Positions 14,694 through 28,950 of a stretch of 64,000 nucleotides of DNA are shown here, one piece after another. The stretch comes from the human T2T-CHM13v2.0 reference genome, Homo sapiens: the NCBI RefSeq assembly GCF_009914755.1, contig NC_060946.1, one strand, 5' to 3'. The notes beneath the pieces are model-generated. The model was not told the origin of the DNA and ran no database searches. It worked only from the letters and a program-made list of their open reading frames with translations. Positions within the stretch are counted from its first letter, which is position 1, and each line of letters opens with the position of its first letter. The position numbers and the translations under genes are program-made.

Positions 14694-15332
14694 CAGTGAA
14701 GTCCTCGAAGCACTCGCAGGTGTAGCCGCCCTCGCGGCTGCGGCAGCGGCCGTTGGCGCCGCACGGGTCGGAGTAGCAGAGGTCGATCTCCGTCTCGCAG
14801 TAGTCGCCGGTGAAGCCGGGCGGGCAGCGGCAGCGCAGGCCGTTGATGGGGTGGATGGGCCGGAAGAGCACGGTGGTGGAGCTGAGGAAGGGCGCGGAGC
14901 TGTCGAATCGCAGAACGGACACGCACTTCATGTAGTTCTCGCAGGGCTCGCGCAGGCAGATGTTGTCGTCGAAGGGCAGCACGCGCTGCGTGGAGATGGT
15001 GGTCAGCAGCGTCCGATTCAGGTAGATCTGCTCCTGCAGGTCCTCCGACGGGAAGAACTGGCCGCGGACGCCGCCAGGCAGCAGCGCCGAGAAGGTCACG
15101 TTCAGGATGTTGGAGCTGACGTCGGTGTCGTTCTGGACGTTGAAGACGAAGACGTCGTCCTTGGTGGTGGACAGCACGGCGGCCACCCCCTCCACGAAGA
15201 GGGCCAGCAGCGGGGACAGGAACTTCTCCTGGGACATGTTCTCCAGGCGGACAGTGATGCTGTTGGTCAGCATGTCGTCCGTGATGATGGTGACACGCAG
15301 GGTGCAGAAGGCCGTGACGCTGTGGATGCCAT
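14694..15332 (-). CDS. CELSR1: CELSR1 internal coding exon (exon 2 by recollection): end of last cadherin repeat, adjacent non-cadherin domain, EGF-like 1 and most of EGF-like 2
   Basis: Translation DGIHSVTAFCTLRVTIITDDMLTNSITVRLENMSQEKFLSPLL...CLREPCENYMKC...CRCPPGFTGDYCETEIDLCYSDPCGANGRCRSREGGYTCECFEDFTG is recognisable as CELSR1. Acceptor ctttccttgtgtctgcag|AT at 15333/15332, donor ACTG|gtaggt at 14694/14693; 639 nt, phase 1/1; high GC3 and CpG density. The parts of ORF 14455..15360 outside these limits are intronic. Confidence 0.97.
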
Positions 15333-15356
15333 CTGCAGACACAAGGAAAGTCAGGG
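15333..15356 (-). other. CELSR1: 3' splice site of CELSR1 upstream intron: branch-point-like CCCTGAC (A at 15351, position -19), polypyrimidine tract and AG
   Basis: Minus strand reads ccctgactttccttgtgtctgcag|ATGGC. Confidence 0.85.
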
Positions 15357-15467
15357 TCATTCAGATGCTGCGGGAGTCACAGGTCCTATAGGCCCCATCC
15401 CAGGAGCAGCCTCAGGCATGCTTGGCAAAGGAGAAGAGAGCCTGGGCATCCCCACTCCCCATTCCCC

Positions 15468-15570
15468 ACCCATGACCACCACCTTGACCCTTCCTCCTTC
15501 AGCACCCTGGCCCCTGCCCCCCATGACCACCACCTTGACCCTCCCTCCTCCGGCACCCTAACCCCTGCCC
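15468..15570. repeat. 51-bp tandem duplication (2 copies)
   Basis: ccatgaccaccaccttgaccc at 15470 and 15521. Confidence 0.9.
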
Positions 15571-17734
15571 TGGCTTCCTAAAGCACAGCTCCGATCACAT
15601 CTTTCTCTGGCTCCGAATCCCTCAGAGGGCCCCAAGGTGCTCAGCAGGGCACCCTGACGACCACCAGGATTCAGCCCCTCACTGCCTGAAACTCCTCACA
15701 CGCTTTGGTTCCAGCCACATGAGGACTTGAAGCCCCCTTCTACCTCCTCTGCACCTGCCCTGGCCTCCAGGGATCCCACCCTGCCCAACCTCCCAACAGT
15801 TCTTCCTGTCCTCGCAGCTCAGCTCAAACTCTGCAGTGCCTGGCAAGCCCGCCCTGGTCCTGCCCAGGCGACATCCCCACCGACGTGCTGTGCTGAGGGT
15901 CCCACTTAGCTCGGCTGTACCCCACGCAACTCCACATGCCCAGCACACAGGAGGGGCCGAGGAGCACCGCTTTACAAAGACACACAGCAGCCTCTCAGCC
16001 AGCAGTAAACACATCATCAAGTGAGGTACTTAGGAGTCTGAGGCCAAGACGGTGGAGCACCTTGGTTGCAAAGTCGCATGCATCATCGGTTCCAGGCCCA
16101 GAATTGGATGAGACGTTCAGGGGGTGGGTCATGGGTACCAGTGGCTCCCAGGGACGGAGCAGCGGCCCCTGCCCAGGGGCTCTCACCTGCCACCTCCAGG
16201 CCCGGGCTCAGATGTGGGGTGGGATTTGCAGAATAGCCTGCCAAGTCCAGGTCCTCCAGGCCTGGCTCGGATTCTGTGTTCCAGGAGCCCCCACCCCATG
16301 AGGCCCCCTGCCCATGGCCCCCACAAGAGCTCCCACCCTGGTTTCCATGGAGCGTGGGGCCCCTGTCACCCCTCAGAGTCCTGGGCCTCAGTAACTGCCC
16401 CAGTCAGGAGGACAGGAGCTGGGCAGGGAGCCAGAGAGGGCCAGGCCCTCCTCCCTCTCATTCTGGGGACTGTGAGGAAGTGTCTGGGCCTTTGGAGGGT
16501 GATGAGGCCCAGAGGCCACCTTGTCACCCCGAGCCCGGCAACACACCCGACAAGGCACAGCGGCACGCGGGGATCCCAAGAGGAAACGGAACAAGAGCAG
16601 CAGGTGGCTCCGCACCCGGCGCTTTCCCAGCACCAGGAGCCACCAGTCACATCTGGGAGGGACCTGGAGTCAGGTAATTTGTCTAAACAACAAAGAAATG
16701 CAACCACTGCAGAAGCCACAGATGCGTGCAGGTGCAGTGGACCCAAGATCCCAAGAGATTCTAACAGAACCAGCACCACCCCCAGTTCACAGGTGAGGAA
16801 AACGGAGGCAGAAGCCAAATTTCACACCCAGAAACGCAGGCCCGGCTGGGGATGCCCAGCTCCCACCCCAGTAACGACACTCGGGTCATGCCCTGGGTGC
16901 TGTTGCTCTGCCAGGTGGCCTTCAGGACAGCGTGGCAAGTCAGGACTCAGAACATGAAATTAATATTTGTACAACCTCGGTGTGGGGAGGGCGCCTCTGG
17001 CTCTGGCATAAACCCAGAGCCCTTCGAGGCTACTCAGTTCTGTGGGCAACTCCCACAGAGCACCTCGGAGCAGGAAGGAGCAGCCCAGAGGGCGTCCGCA
17101 GAGCCCAGAGGCAGAGGACCAGTGGCTCTAAGGAGAAGAAGAGGTGGGGAAAACAAATGAGGCCAAAAGGCCTGAGGCAAAGGACATGGTGGGAGACGGC
17201 CTCAGAGAGTGCGTTCCTTCCCTCCCCGACCCCAGCTGCTCCCACTCCGAAGGGGGCCTCCACTGCCCTGCCCTGCCCTGGAGCAGGGTGGCCCTGAGAC
17301 GGCTGGGTCCCACAGGATGTAGCAGGAAACACGTCCTCCAGTTCCTGGCCCAGGCCCCAAGAGGGCTGGAAGGTTCTGCCTCTTTCTTCCTGGTGCCCAG
17401 AACCCACACTAGAGAGGGCACATCGGGAAGAAGGCAGCACTCCCGTCCAGGGCCCCGGCCAATGGAAGCCCCAGACCCCAGATGTGACCCACCGGGCTGC
17501 TGAGACTCAAGCCACCCCAGGGAGGACCCGGACACCACAGAGCAGAGACCAGCCCCACACTGAGCCTGGCCACACTGTGAGTAGATAATACAACCAGAGT
17601 TGGAGGCCACTGGGTTTGGGACGCTTTGTTACACAGCACCAGACAACCAAAACCAATACAGTCGACTCATAGACCAACCGTTCATCAACTTAAAACATTA
17701 AACCTCACTGCCCGGCATATAAGATATTAATGTG

Positions 17735-18086
17735 TTGCTGGGAACCGAACTGTGTCTCCTCAAAATTCTAACCCAAGGGGATGGGTTTTGGAGATGAGGC
17801 CTCTGGGAGGTAATGTGGGTCAATGATGAGGTGACGAGGGTGGGGCCCCACCAGGGGATTTGCATCCTCACAGGAAGAGACAGCAGAGAGCTCTCCTCTC
17901 CTCCGCATCAGGACGCAGCAAGAAGGCACTGTCTACCAGCCAGGAAAACAAAGCCTCCAGGAACCTGGCCGCGCTGCCTCCCTGATCTTGGACTTGCAGC
18001 CTCAAGAACTGTAAGAAAACAAATGTTTGTTGTTTAAGCCACCCATTCTGTGGTATTTTTAAATGGCAGCCCTAGCAGACTGACAT
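17735..18086 (+). mobile_element. MLT1A/MST-type MaLR solo LTR
   Basis: gatgaggcctctgggaggtaat...tgatcttggacttgcagcctcaagaactgtaaga...ttgtttaagccaccca...ggcagccctagcagactgaca. Confidence 0.82.
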
Positions 18087-18517
18087 ATATTAATTCAATT
18101 AAAATAAATTAACATGCTAAACAATGTGTTAAAAATGTGAACGTAAGTTAACATAGTTTTGTCTTACGCAATGCTCATAAATAACTTTAATTTGCTACAT
18201 CCCGTTTATACATTCCTTTGCCAAAAATAAATTGTAAACATTCAGCGACCCTAAGCTTGAGCAATCATCCTTCTGGAAGCCCAAACACACACACCAAAGA
18301 CAAAGAAACCACCTAAAGGTCCATCAGCTGGGAAATGCACAACCCAATTAGAGAAGCCACACAATGGACTACTACGCTGTCATGAACATAAGTGTGTCTA
18401 AAATATGCGCAAATAAAATGAAAGGGACACGCACAGTGTGATCCCATTTTGTGAGGGAGCTGCTTTACTTATGCACGAACATGTTATATATATATATATA
18501 TAGAAAACTCTGGAAGG

Positions 18518-18894
<377 letters not shown>

Positions 18895-18984
18895 TTACTG
18901 CTCATTTTGTGTTACTCAGCTGTCTTACGATTAGCATGTACCGTTTGGGTTGCTACTTTTTGCAACAAAAGAAAAAGATGAGTC

Positions 18985-19765
18985 AACCACACCTATGTTC
19001 ATAGCAGCGCTATTCACAAGAGCTGAAACATGGAAGTGACCTGCGTCCACCGACAGATTAACGGATTAAAACAACGTGGTCCGGCCAGGTGTGGTGGCTT
19101 ACACCTGTAATCACAGCACTTTAGGAGGCCGAGGTGGGTGGATCACGACGTCAGGAGTTCAAGACCAGCCTGGGCGACCTGGTGAAACCATGTCTCTACT
19201 AAAAATACAAAAATTAGCTGGGCGTGGTGGTGCATGCCTGTAATCTTAGCTACTCAGGAGGCTGAGGCAGGAGAATCGCTTGAACCCAAGAGGTGGAGGT
19301 TGTGGTGAGCCAAGATCATACCACTGCACTCCAGCCTGGGCAACAAAGCAAGACTCTGTCTCAAAAAAAAAAAAAATGTGGTCCATGCATACTATGGAAT
19401 ATTATCCAGCCTTAAAAAGGGAGGAAATTCTGACACACGCTACAACATGGATGTACCTTGAGGACGTGATGCTCACTGCAATAAGCCGGTCACATGTGAG
19501 GCTGCACTTACAGGAGGTCCCTAGAGGAGTTCGATTCATAGAGACAGAAAGTAGAATGATGGGTGCCACGGGTGGGGAGGCAGATTGGGGAGCTGTTGTT
19601 TAGTGGGTGTGGGGTTTCAGTTTGGGGCCATGAAAAAGTTCTGGAGATAGATGGTGGTGATGGCTGCACAGCAAAGCTAATGTGCTTAATGCCACAGAAC
19701 CACACACTTAAAAATGGTTAAAGTGGTAAACGTATGTGTATTTTACCACAATTACAAATTTTTTT
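18985..19765 (+). mobile_element. L1MB-type 3' end, interrupted by an Alu
   Basis: atgttcatagcagc.ctattcacaa...atggaatattat.cagccttaaaaagg...gttctggagatagatggtggtgatgg. Confidence 0.82.
19083..19376 (+). mobile_element. Alu
   Basis: Full dimer with A-tail. Confidence 0.95.
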
Positions 19766-19769
19766 AATA

Positions 19770-20937
<1,168 letters not shown>

Positions 20938-20940
<3 letters not shown>

Positions 20941-23306
20941 AAGGGAGGGAGGGAGGAGGAGGGGAGGGAGGGAGGAGGAGGGGAGGGAGGGAGGAGGAGG
21001 GGAGGGAGGGAGGAGGAGGGGAGGGAGGGAGGAGGAGGGGAGGGAGGGAGGGAGGAAGAGGGGAAGGAGGGAGGAGGAGGGGAGGCAGGGAGGAGGAGGG
21101 GAGGGAGGGAGGGAGGGAGGAGGAGGGGAGGGAGGAGAGGGGAGGGAGGGAGGATGAGGGGAGGGAGGGAGGATGAGGGGAGGGCGGGAGGAGGAGGGGA
21201 GGGAGGAGAGGGGAGGGAGGGAGGATGAGGGGAGGGAGGGAGGGAGGAGGAGGGGAGGGAGGGAGGAGGAGGGGAGGGAGGGAGGAAGAGGGGAAGGAGG
21301 GAGGAGGAGGGGAGGGAGGGAGGAGGAGGGGAGGGAGGAGAGGGGAGGGAGGGAGGATGAGGGGAGGGAGGGAGGAGGAGGGGAGGGAGGAGAGGGGAGA
21401 GAGGGAGGATGAGGGGAGGGAGGGAGGAGGAGGGGAGGGAGGGAGGAGGAGGGGAGGGAGGGAGGGAGGATGAGGGGAGGGAGGGAAGGAGGATGAGGGG
21501 AGGGAGGGAAGGAGGATGAGGGGAGGGAGGGAGGATGAGGGGAGGGAGGGAGGGAGGAGGAGGGGAGGGAGGGAGAAGGAGGGGAGGGAGGGAGGGAGGA
21601 TGAGGGGAGGGAGGGAGGAGGAGGGGAAGGAGGGAGGAGGAGGGGAGGGAGGGAGGATGAAGGGAGGGAGGGAGGAGGAGGGGAAGGAGGGAGGATGAGG
21701 GGAGGGAGGGAGGAGGAGGGGAGGGAGGGAGGAGGAGGGGAGGGAGGGAGGAGGAGGGGAGGGAGGGAGGGAGGATGAGGGGAGGGAGGGAGGGAGGGGG
21801 AGGGGAGGGAGGAGGAGGGGAGGTAGGGAGGGAGGAGGAGGGGAGGGAGGACGAGGGGAGGGAGGGAGGACGAGGGGAGAGAGGGAGGGAGGAGGGGAGG
21901 GAGGGAGGGAGAAGGAGGGGAGGGAGGGAGGACGAGGGGAGGGAGGGAGGACGAGGGGAGGGAGGGAGGAGGAGGGGAGGGAGGGAGGAGGAGGGGAGGG
22001 AGGGAGGGAGGAGGAGGGGAGGGAGGGAGGAGGAGGGGAGGGAGGGAGGGAAGAGGATGGGAGGGGAAGGAGGGAGGAGGAGGGGAAGGAGGGAGGAGGA
22101 GGGGAGAGAGGGAGGGAGGAGGAGGGGAGAGAGGGAGGGAGGAGGAGGGGAGGGAGGGGGGAGGAGGGGAGGGAGGGAGGGAGGATGAGGGGAGGGAGGG
22201 AGGAGGAGGGGAAGGAGGGAGGAGGAGGGGAGGGAGGGAGGGAGGATGAAGGGAGGGAGGGAGGAGGAGGGGAAGGAGGGAGGATGAGGGGAGGGAGGGA
22301 GGAGGAGGGGAGGGAGGGAGGAGGAGGGGAGGGAGGGAGGAGGAGGGGAGGGAGGGAGGGAGGAGGAGGGGAGGGAGGGAGGGAGGGGGAGGGGAGGGAG
22401 GAGGAGGGGAGGTAGGGAGGGAGGAGGAGGGGAGGGAGGACGAGGGGAGGGAGGGAGGACGAGGGGAGGGAGGGAGGGAGGAGGAGGGGAGGGAGGGAGG
22501 AGGAGGGGAGGGAGGGAGGAGGAGGGGAGGGAGGGAGGACGAGGGGAGGGAGGGAGGGAGGAGGAGGGGAGGGAGGGAGGAGGAGGGGAGGGAGGGAGGA
22601 GGAGGGGAGGGAGGGAGGGAGGAGGAGGGGAGGGAGGGAGGGAGGAGGAGGGGAAGGAGGGAGGAGGAGGGGAGGGAGGGAGGGAGGAGGAGGGGAGGGA
22701 GGGAGGGAAGAGGATGGGAGGGGAAGGAGGGAGGAGGAGGGGAAGGAGGGAGGAGGAGGGGAGAGAGGGAGGGAGGAGGAGGGGAGAGAGGGAGGGAGGA
22801 GGAGGAGAGGGAGGGGGGAGGAGGAGGGGAGGGAGGGAGGAGGAGGGGAGGGAGGGAGGAGGAGGGGAGGGAGGGAGGAGGAGGGGAGGGAGGGAGGATG
22901 AGGGGAGGGAGGGAGGAGGAGGGGAGGGAGGGAGGAGGAGGGGAAGGAGGGAGGAGGAGGGGAGGGAGGGAGGGAGGAGGAGGGGAGGGAGGGAGGATGA
23001 GGGGAGGGAGGGAGGAGGAGGAGAGGGAGGGAGGACGAGGGGAGGGAGGGAGGACGAGGGGAGGGAGGGAGGAGGAGGGGAAGGAGGGAGGAGGAGGGGA
23101 AGGAGGGAGGAGGAGGGGAAGGAGGGAGGAGGAGGGGAGAGAGGGAGGGAGGAGGAGGGGAGAGAGGGAGGGAGGAGGAGGGAGGGAGGGAGGAGGAGGG
23201 GAGGGAGGGGGGAGGAGGAGGGGAGGGAGGGGGGAGGAGGAGGGGAGGGAGGGGGGAGGAGGAGGGGAGGGAGGGGGGAGGAGGAGGGGAGGGAGGGAGG
23301 GAGAGG
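20938..23306. repeat. About 2.36-kb homopurine VNTR, core 19-mer AGGGAGGGAGGAGGAGGGG with variants
   Basis: Near-pure G/A on + strand; rare GGATGA/GGACGA variant units. Confidence 0.97.
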
Positions 23307-24001
23307 CAAAGGGGCCAGAGAAGTATGGTGTCACTTTAACTCCAACATCAACATTGACACAAACAGCATAATGAGACTTCATTTTTTCATGTGAGCTATT
23401 TTTTTGTGCCTGTTTGACTTTTTTTTTTTTAGGGTCCACTACAATAATACAGATAGGGTACTGTTTACTTCCTCGTGGCAGTTGTTATGAAACATGCTTT
23501 TATCTTAAACCACACATGGATGTGTTTGTTCTGGCCCAATACGCAAAGGCCACACTGATTTTAACCAGGAAAATAAGCAGGTACTTGAAAAATTGATTAA
23601 TGTTTGGGTCTGAGCTTATGTATCATAGTGAGAAGCCCAGGCCTTCTTGGGGTGCCCTGAGCTACTCTGACCCCCACAAGTTGGGAGGAGGCTCCAGCAC
23701 TGGGGCCTTCCTGGGGGCAGCCCAGGAAGGCACAGCACAGAGAAACACCCCGGAACAAGGACCCATATTCTAGGGACATCCATCTTCACTCAGGGATAAA
23801 ACGATGACATAACAGACAGAAAATAGCATTAAATATTAACGACTGTGAAGTGTGCTACAGAACATGATGAGTGCCTTACTGTTAATCCTAACATCAATCT
23901 CCTTCGAGACCACGGGCCACGGTGAAATTACTTTTTACTTAAGTAGTCTGGGTTGGATTTTGAACCAACCTGCAGCTTAAGCCTTCAGATACACACATCT
24001 A

Positions 24002-24490
<489 letters not shown>

Positions 24491-24574
24491 CTACATGAGC
24501 CCAGAGAGCTATCGGCACTGTGGACAGTGGTTCTGTCTGCATTGCTGATTTTGTTTTTTGTTTGTTTTTATAAA

Positions 24575-25200
24575 ACTTAATTTTGAAACAGTTTTAGATT
24601 TACAAAAAAATTACTAATACAGCGGGTTCCCAGAGACCCCACACCCAGGCCCCTATTAGTTACGTTATTACATTAGCATGGTAGGTTTGGGGGTCTTTTG
24701 CTTGTTTTGAGACAGAGTCTCATTCTGTGGCCCAGGCTGGAATGCAGTGGTGTGATTACTGCAGCCTTGAGCTTTGAGCTCCTGGGCTCAAGTGATCCTC
24801 CTGCCTCAGCCTCCTGAGAAGCTAGGACTACAGGAGCATGCCACCATGCCTGGCTGGGTTTTCTGTTCTTGTTTTTTGTAGAGGTGAGGCCGTGCGATGT
24901 TGCCCAGGCTGGTCTCACACTCCTGGCCTCAAGCGATCCTCCCACCTCAGCCTCCCAAAGTGCTGGGATTCACGGGTGTGAGCCGCTGCCCCTGGCCTCA
25001 GCATTTGTCATAATGAAGGAGCCAGTATTGATAGGTTATTAACTGAAGCCTGTTCTCTCTGCAGATTTCCCTCATTTCCACCCACTGTCCTCTCCTGTCC
25101 CAGGACCCCACACCACACTCAGCTCCCCTGCACCGTGGTGGCTTCCAGCCTTCCCTGGGTCTGGGACCTGTACAGTTTTCAGGGGCTGCGGTCTGTGGCC
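24575..25200 (-). mobile_element. L1MC-type 3' end fragment interrupted by an Alu
   Basis: ttttgaaacagttttagatttacaaaaaaatt...ttacattagcatggta | catttgtcataatgaaggagccagtattgata. Confidence 0.6.
24697..24997 (-). mobile_element. Alu (J-like)
   Basis: ctcctgggctcaagtgatcctcctgcctcagcc. Confidence 0.92.
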
Positions 25201-25974
25201 TTCAGGTGATGACGACTTTCTGCCTCACGCTGTCCCCCGTGGTTTCATTTCTGTGTGTGAGTACAGGTCAGTTCACAGTTTGGGGTCTGCTTGATTCCGG
25301 GAGGCACGGCACCCACCCAGCACTCTCTCTGCCCGTGCTCCAGGCATTCCTCCCAGGCCTGGAGCGGCTCCGCGGCACCTCAAAAGCGATCAAGTGCCAT
25401 CCCCTGCTTTCCCGGGAAGGGTGAGTCACCTCATTGTGGCTGAGACATGGGAAGGAGACAGAGCAGACGGCAGAGCGCGAGGCTGCGGGGCCCTCCTGGC
25501 AGGTGCTGTACAAACGTGAACCACATCATGGGAAGGAACTTTCTGGGTCTTCATGGAGGTTGGGACCTGTCCAGTCCCCGACTTTCGTGAAAGACTCTGC
25601 AGTAAGATAAAGGTTATCTGCAATTGTGTTCCCCATGGTGGGCTCATGCTGTGGGGCAGTGGGGGCAGAGGTCACATCATGGCCTTCAAGGAGCAGGCAG
25701 CCCTCAGGGGACAGGGGACAGTGCCGCAGTTCCGAGACTCGGTGGCAGGTGATTGGCGGCTGTGGGTGAAGAGCAGCGCAGCTGATGCTGGACGGCCCCG
25801 GGAGACAGGGGAGTAGGTTTCCTGGGAAGAATGGAGTTTGCCACACAAAGTGAAGGGGACAGGCCTCCTGAGAGCACAACGCATGAAAAGCAGCAAAACC
25901 AGCAAGGCATGGGGACGGGTGGCATCAGCTCCCGGGGCCGTCGGAGCAAAGGGCCGCCGCTGCATCACCAATAC

Positions 25975-26335
25975 AGGACATTCACTCTCTCCGTTTTGGA
26001 GGCCAGGGATCTGAAATTCAGGTGTTGGCGGGGTTTGTTCCTCCTGGAGGCTCAGGGGAGGGTCTGCTCCGGGCCCCTTTCCCTGGGGGCTGGGCGTCCA
26101 GCAGTCCTTGGCGTTGCTTGGCTCCTAGGTGCACCCCTCTGGCCTCTGCCTCTGCGCCAAGTGGCTATGGCTCTCCCTGTGTCGTCACGGCTCTGTCTTC
26201 TGTTCACCGCACCGGAAGCCAGTACAGCCTCATGTCAACACCTCAATTACAGCTGCAAAGAGCCTATTTCCAAATAACATCCCACTCTGAGGTTCCAGGT
26301 GGATGTGAATTTTGGGGGGACGTTAGTCAACCCCG
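25975..26335 (-). mobile_element. MLT1-type solo LTR
   Basis: tggaggccaggg.tctgaaattcaggtgttggc...ctgcaaagagcctatttccaaataa. Confidence 0.75.
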
Positions 26336-27811
26336 GGAATGCAGAGTAGCGGAGAGACACGGGCACGGAGGCAGGGGGTGGGTGAACCTCCGACTGCTGC
26401 CGGCCTCGTGGGCTCTCGGTGCAGGACGGCGGGGGTGGCTGAAGGAGAAATGTCCGCAGAGGGGTGGACAGGACCCACGCACCACGAGGAACCATCGCTG
26501 GCCCTTGACAGGTGAGGACACCAAGGCACAAAGAAGCTGAATGTGCCTGGTAAGGTGACTCGGGCTGAGTGGCGGGGCCCAGATTAACCTGAGGCCAAGT
26601 CCCCAGTGATGGTGGATGGGAGGGACAGAGGAGATGGTCCAAGAGGACCCTAGTCCTGGCATGGGAGGGTCTGCTGAGGACATGGAGGAGGAAAGGCCAG
26701 TTTGTGACCCACCTGGGGCCTTGGAGATGACCCAGTGAGATGGAGCCACAGGCAGCTGGAGACGCAGCCAGTGCCGGGCAGGAACCAGGGGCCACTTATT
26801 CACTGTGAGTCTCCGTCACCACCCCATGCACCAAAGCCTGGGGGGCTCCTCCACTCTCCCGTCACCAACGCCCCTCGAGGCCTGGTTAGGGCAGCCCATG
26901 ATGCCCTCGGGGTCCAGAGTCATTCCCCGTGGCCGGCTGTGATCACATCCACAGAGCGTTGCTTGCTGTCCAGCTGGTAAGAGACACAGGGTGCGTGCCT
27001 GTCCTTCCCGAGGCCTTCACAGCAGGCAGGGAGGGCCCTGCTTGGTGGCTCCTGGTGGCTCCCATTCAAAGCCAGGGAACTTTGAAGTGGCTGTGTGCGT
27101 CTCTCTCTCTTCTGGGTTTGTTTTGTTTTGTTTTAGAGGCCAGATTGGGGCCAGACAACAGGTGCGATGTGTTGATCCTGCTACCTGAGGGCGTGTGGCT
27201 TTTCTCCTTTCTGGGCAACAATCTAGGACCTGCGTCTCACGAATGCAGGTTCACGTCACAGGAACAAGGGGACAAGCACTTTCAGGGTTGGGTGTGCGGC
27301 GCATGTCAGGATGTCAAGCCACGAGAGGAAGAGTGAGCCTCGGACCCAGGAGAGCAGAGTCTCATCCCAGCACGAGCGTCTCCAGCAAGCCGGACTGTAG
27401 AAAGGCCCACGTGCTGCTCACGATGCCTCGGGAACAAAGTCCTGTGTTAACCTTGCAGTCAAGGTAAAGGGCGCAGCTCTGCCCGGGGGCAGGGCTGGGG
27501 AGAGCAGAGCCAGCCTCCTAGTCCTCCTTGTCCCCATCTGTGCCACTGGCTGGACAATGGAGAAGGAGGAGCCCTCCTGACACCCCCAGGAAGCCCACAT
27601 CTTGGTTTCCCTGGTTTCTCCTCTTTGGAATCCAAGTCCACACTCTGTAACCCCACCACTGCCATCCCCTCGGGCTGCTGCAGGTGGGTCCTCACACATC
27701 CTCCCGTTGGTCCCACCTAGTCTTAGCCTCAGACAAGCACCCCCGGCAGCCAGCACCCACCCCAACCCTGCCCCAGTGTCTGGTCCCGATGCCTGGTCCT
27801 GACCCCTAGAC

Positions 27812-28085
27812 ATTGTGTAAAACTCAAATAAGTGTATTTAATATATCCATTACTTGTAAATTTATCATTTATTTGTGGTAAGAATGTTCAAAATCCTTTC
27901 CTCTAGCTATTTTGAAATATACAATACAATATTATTAACCATAGTCATCCTATTGTACAATAGAGCAACAGAACTTATTCCTGCCATCCTACTGTAACTT
28001 TGTACTCTTTGACCAATCTCTCCCCAACCCCCTCTTCCTCCTCACCTCCCCAGATTCTGGTGACCATTATTCTACTCTCTACTTC
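27812..28085 (-). mobile_element. L1MA-type 3' UTR fragment
   Basis: tagctattttgaaatatacaatacaatattattaaccatagtca...actttgtactctttgaccaa. Confidence 0.8.
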
Positions 28086-28136
28086 TTTTTTTTTTTTTTT
28101 TTTTTTTTTTTGAGACGGAGTCTCACTCTGTCATCC
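28086..28136 (-). mobile_element. Very short Alu 3' remnant with an uninterrupted T-run
   Basis: T(about 26)gagacggagtctcactctgtca then unrelated sequence. Confidence 0.85.
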
Positions 28137-28589
28137 ACCCTGAACTCAAGCTGCAGGTCCCAGGCAGGTCACTTAACTTGTTGGAGAGGCTGCCGGGATC
28201 TGCTAAGAACAGCAAGCCGCTTCTCCCATGGCCAAGCACAAATCAAATGGAAACGCACAGGCAGGCCCTGGGAAGCCCATCAACAGGCAAATGAGGAGCG
28301 TGTTAAAAGCTCTGAAAAGCTTCTAGAGCTTCAAATCATTCAAACACAAATGCCATTTTATCTTGCCGCATTATTCTGTTTCAAAGGCACACTTATTCAC
28401 TTAACATCCTTCCTCGTCTCCTAAATTATAAAATCCTAGAAATGACAAGAATTATTCTGTCACAAGATATGGAGGAGAGCACGAAAGAACCACATCCCCA
28501 GGCCCTCAGCATTAGATGAGTCAGGATAAACATTACACATTATTATTACTGAAAAAAACCCAACTTCAGGTAGCACAAGAAATAAGGAG

Positions 28590-28950
28590 GCCTTAAAAAC
28601 GACAGACACCCTGACACACGCTACAACACAGATGAGCCTTGAAGACATCACACTGAGTGAAAGAGGCCGGTCACAAAAGGACAAATACTGTCTGCTTCTG
28701 CTTACGAGAGGTCCCGAGAACAGTCAAATCCACAGAGACAGAAAGTAGGATGGTGAGTGCCAGGGACTAGGGGAGGGCTGTGGGGAGGTGGCATTGAATT
28801 GGCACAGAGTCTAGTTTGGGAAGATGAGGAAGTTCTGGAGGTGGATGGTGGTGACGCCCATGAAACAATGTGAATGCATTTAATGCCACTGAACTGCACA
28901 CTTAAAAATGGCCAAGATGGTTCGTTTTATAAAGTTTATTGCAATTAAAA
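28590..28950 (+). mobile_element. L1MB-type 3' end
   Basis: gccttgaagacatcacactgagtgaaa...gttctggaggtggatggtggtga...ttaaaaatgg. Confidence 0.82.

Noticed and set aside
14851-15561. 236-aa antisense ORF over the exon
   Set aside because: Shadow ORF caused by the high GC3 of the CELSR1 exon.
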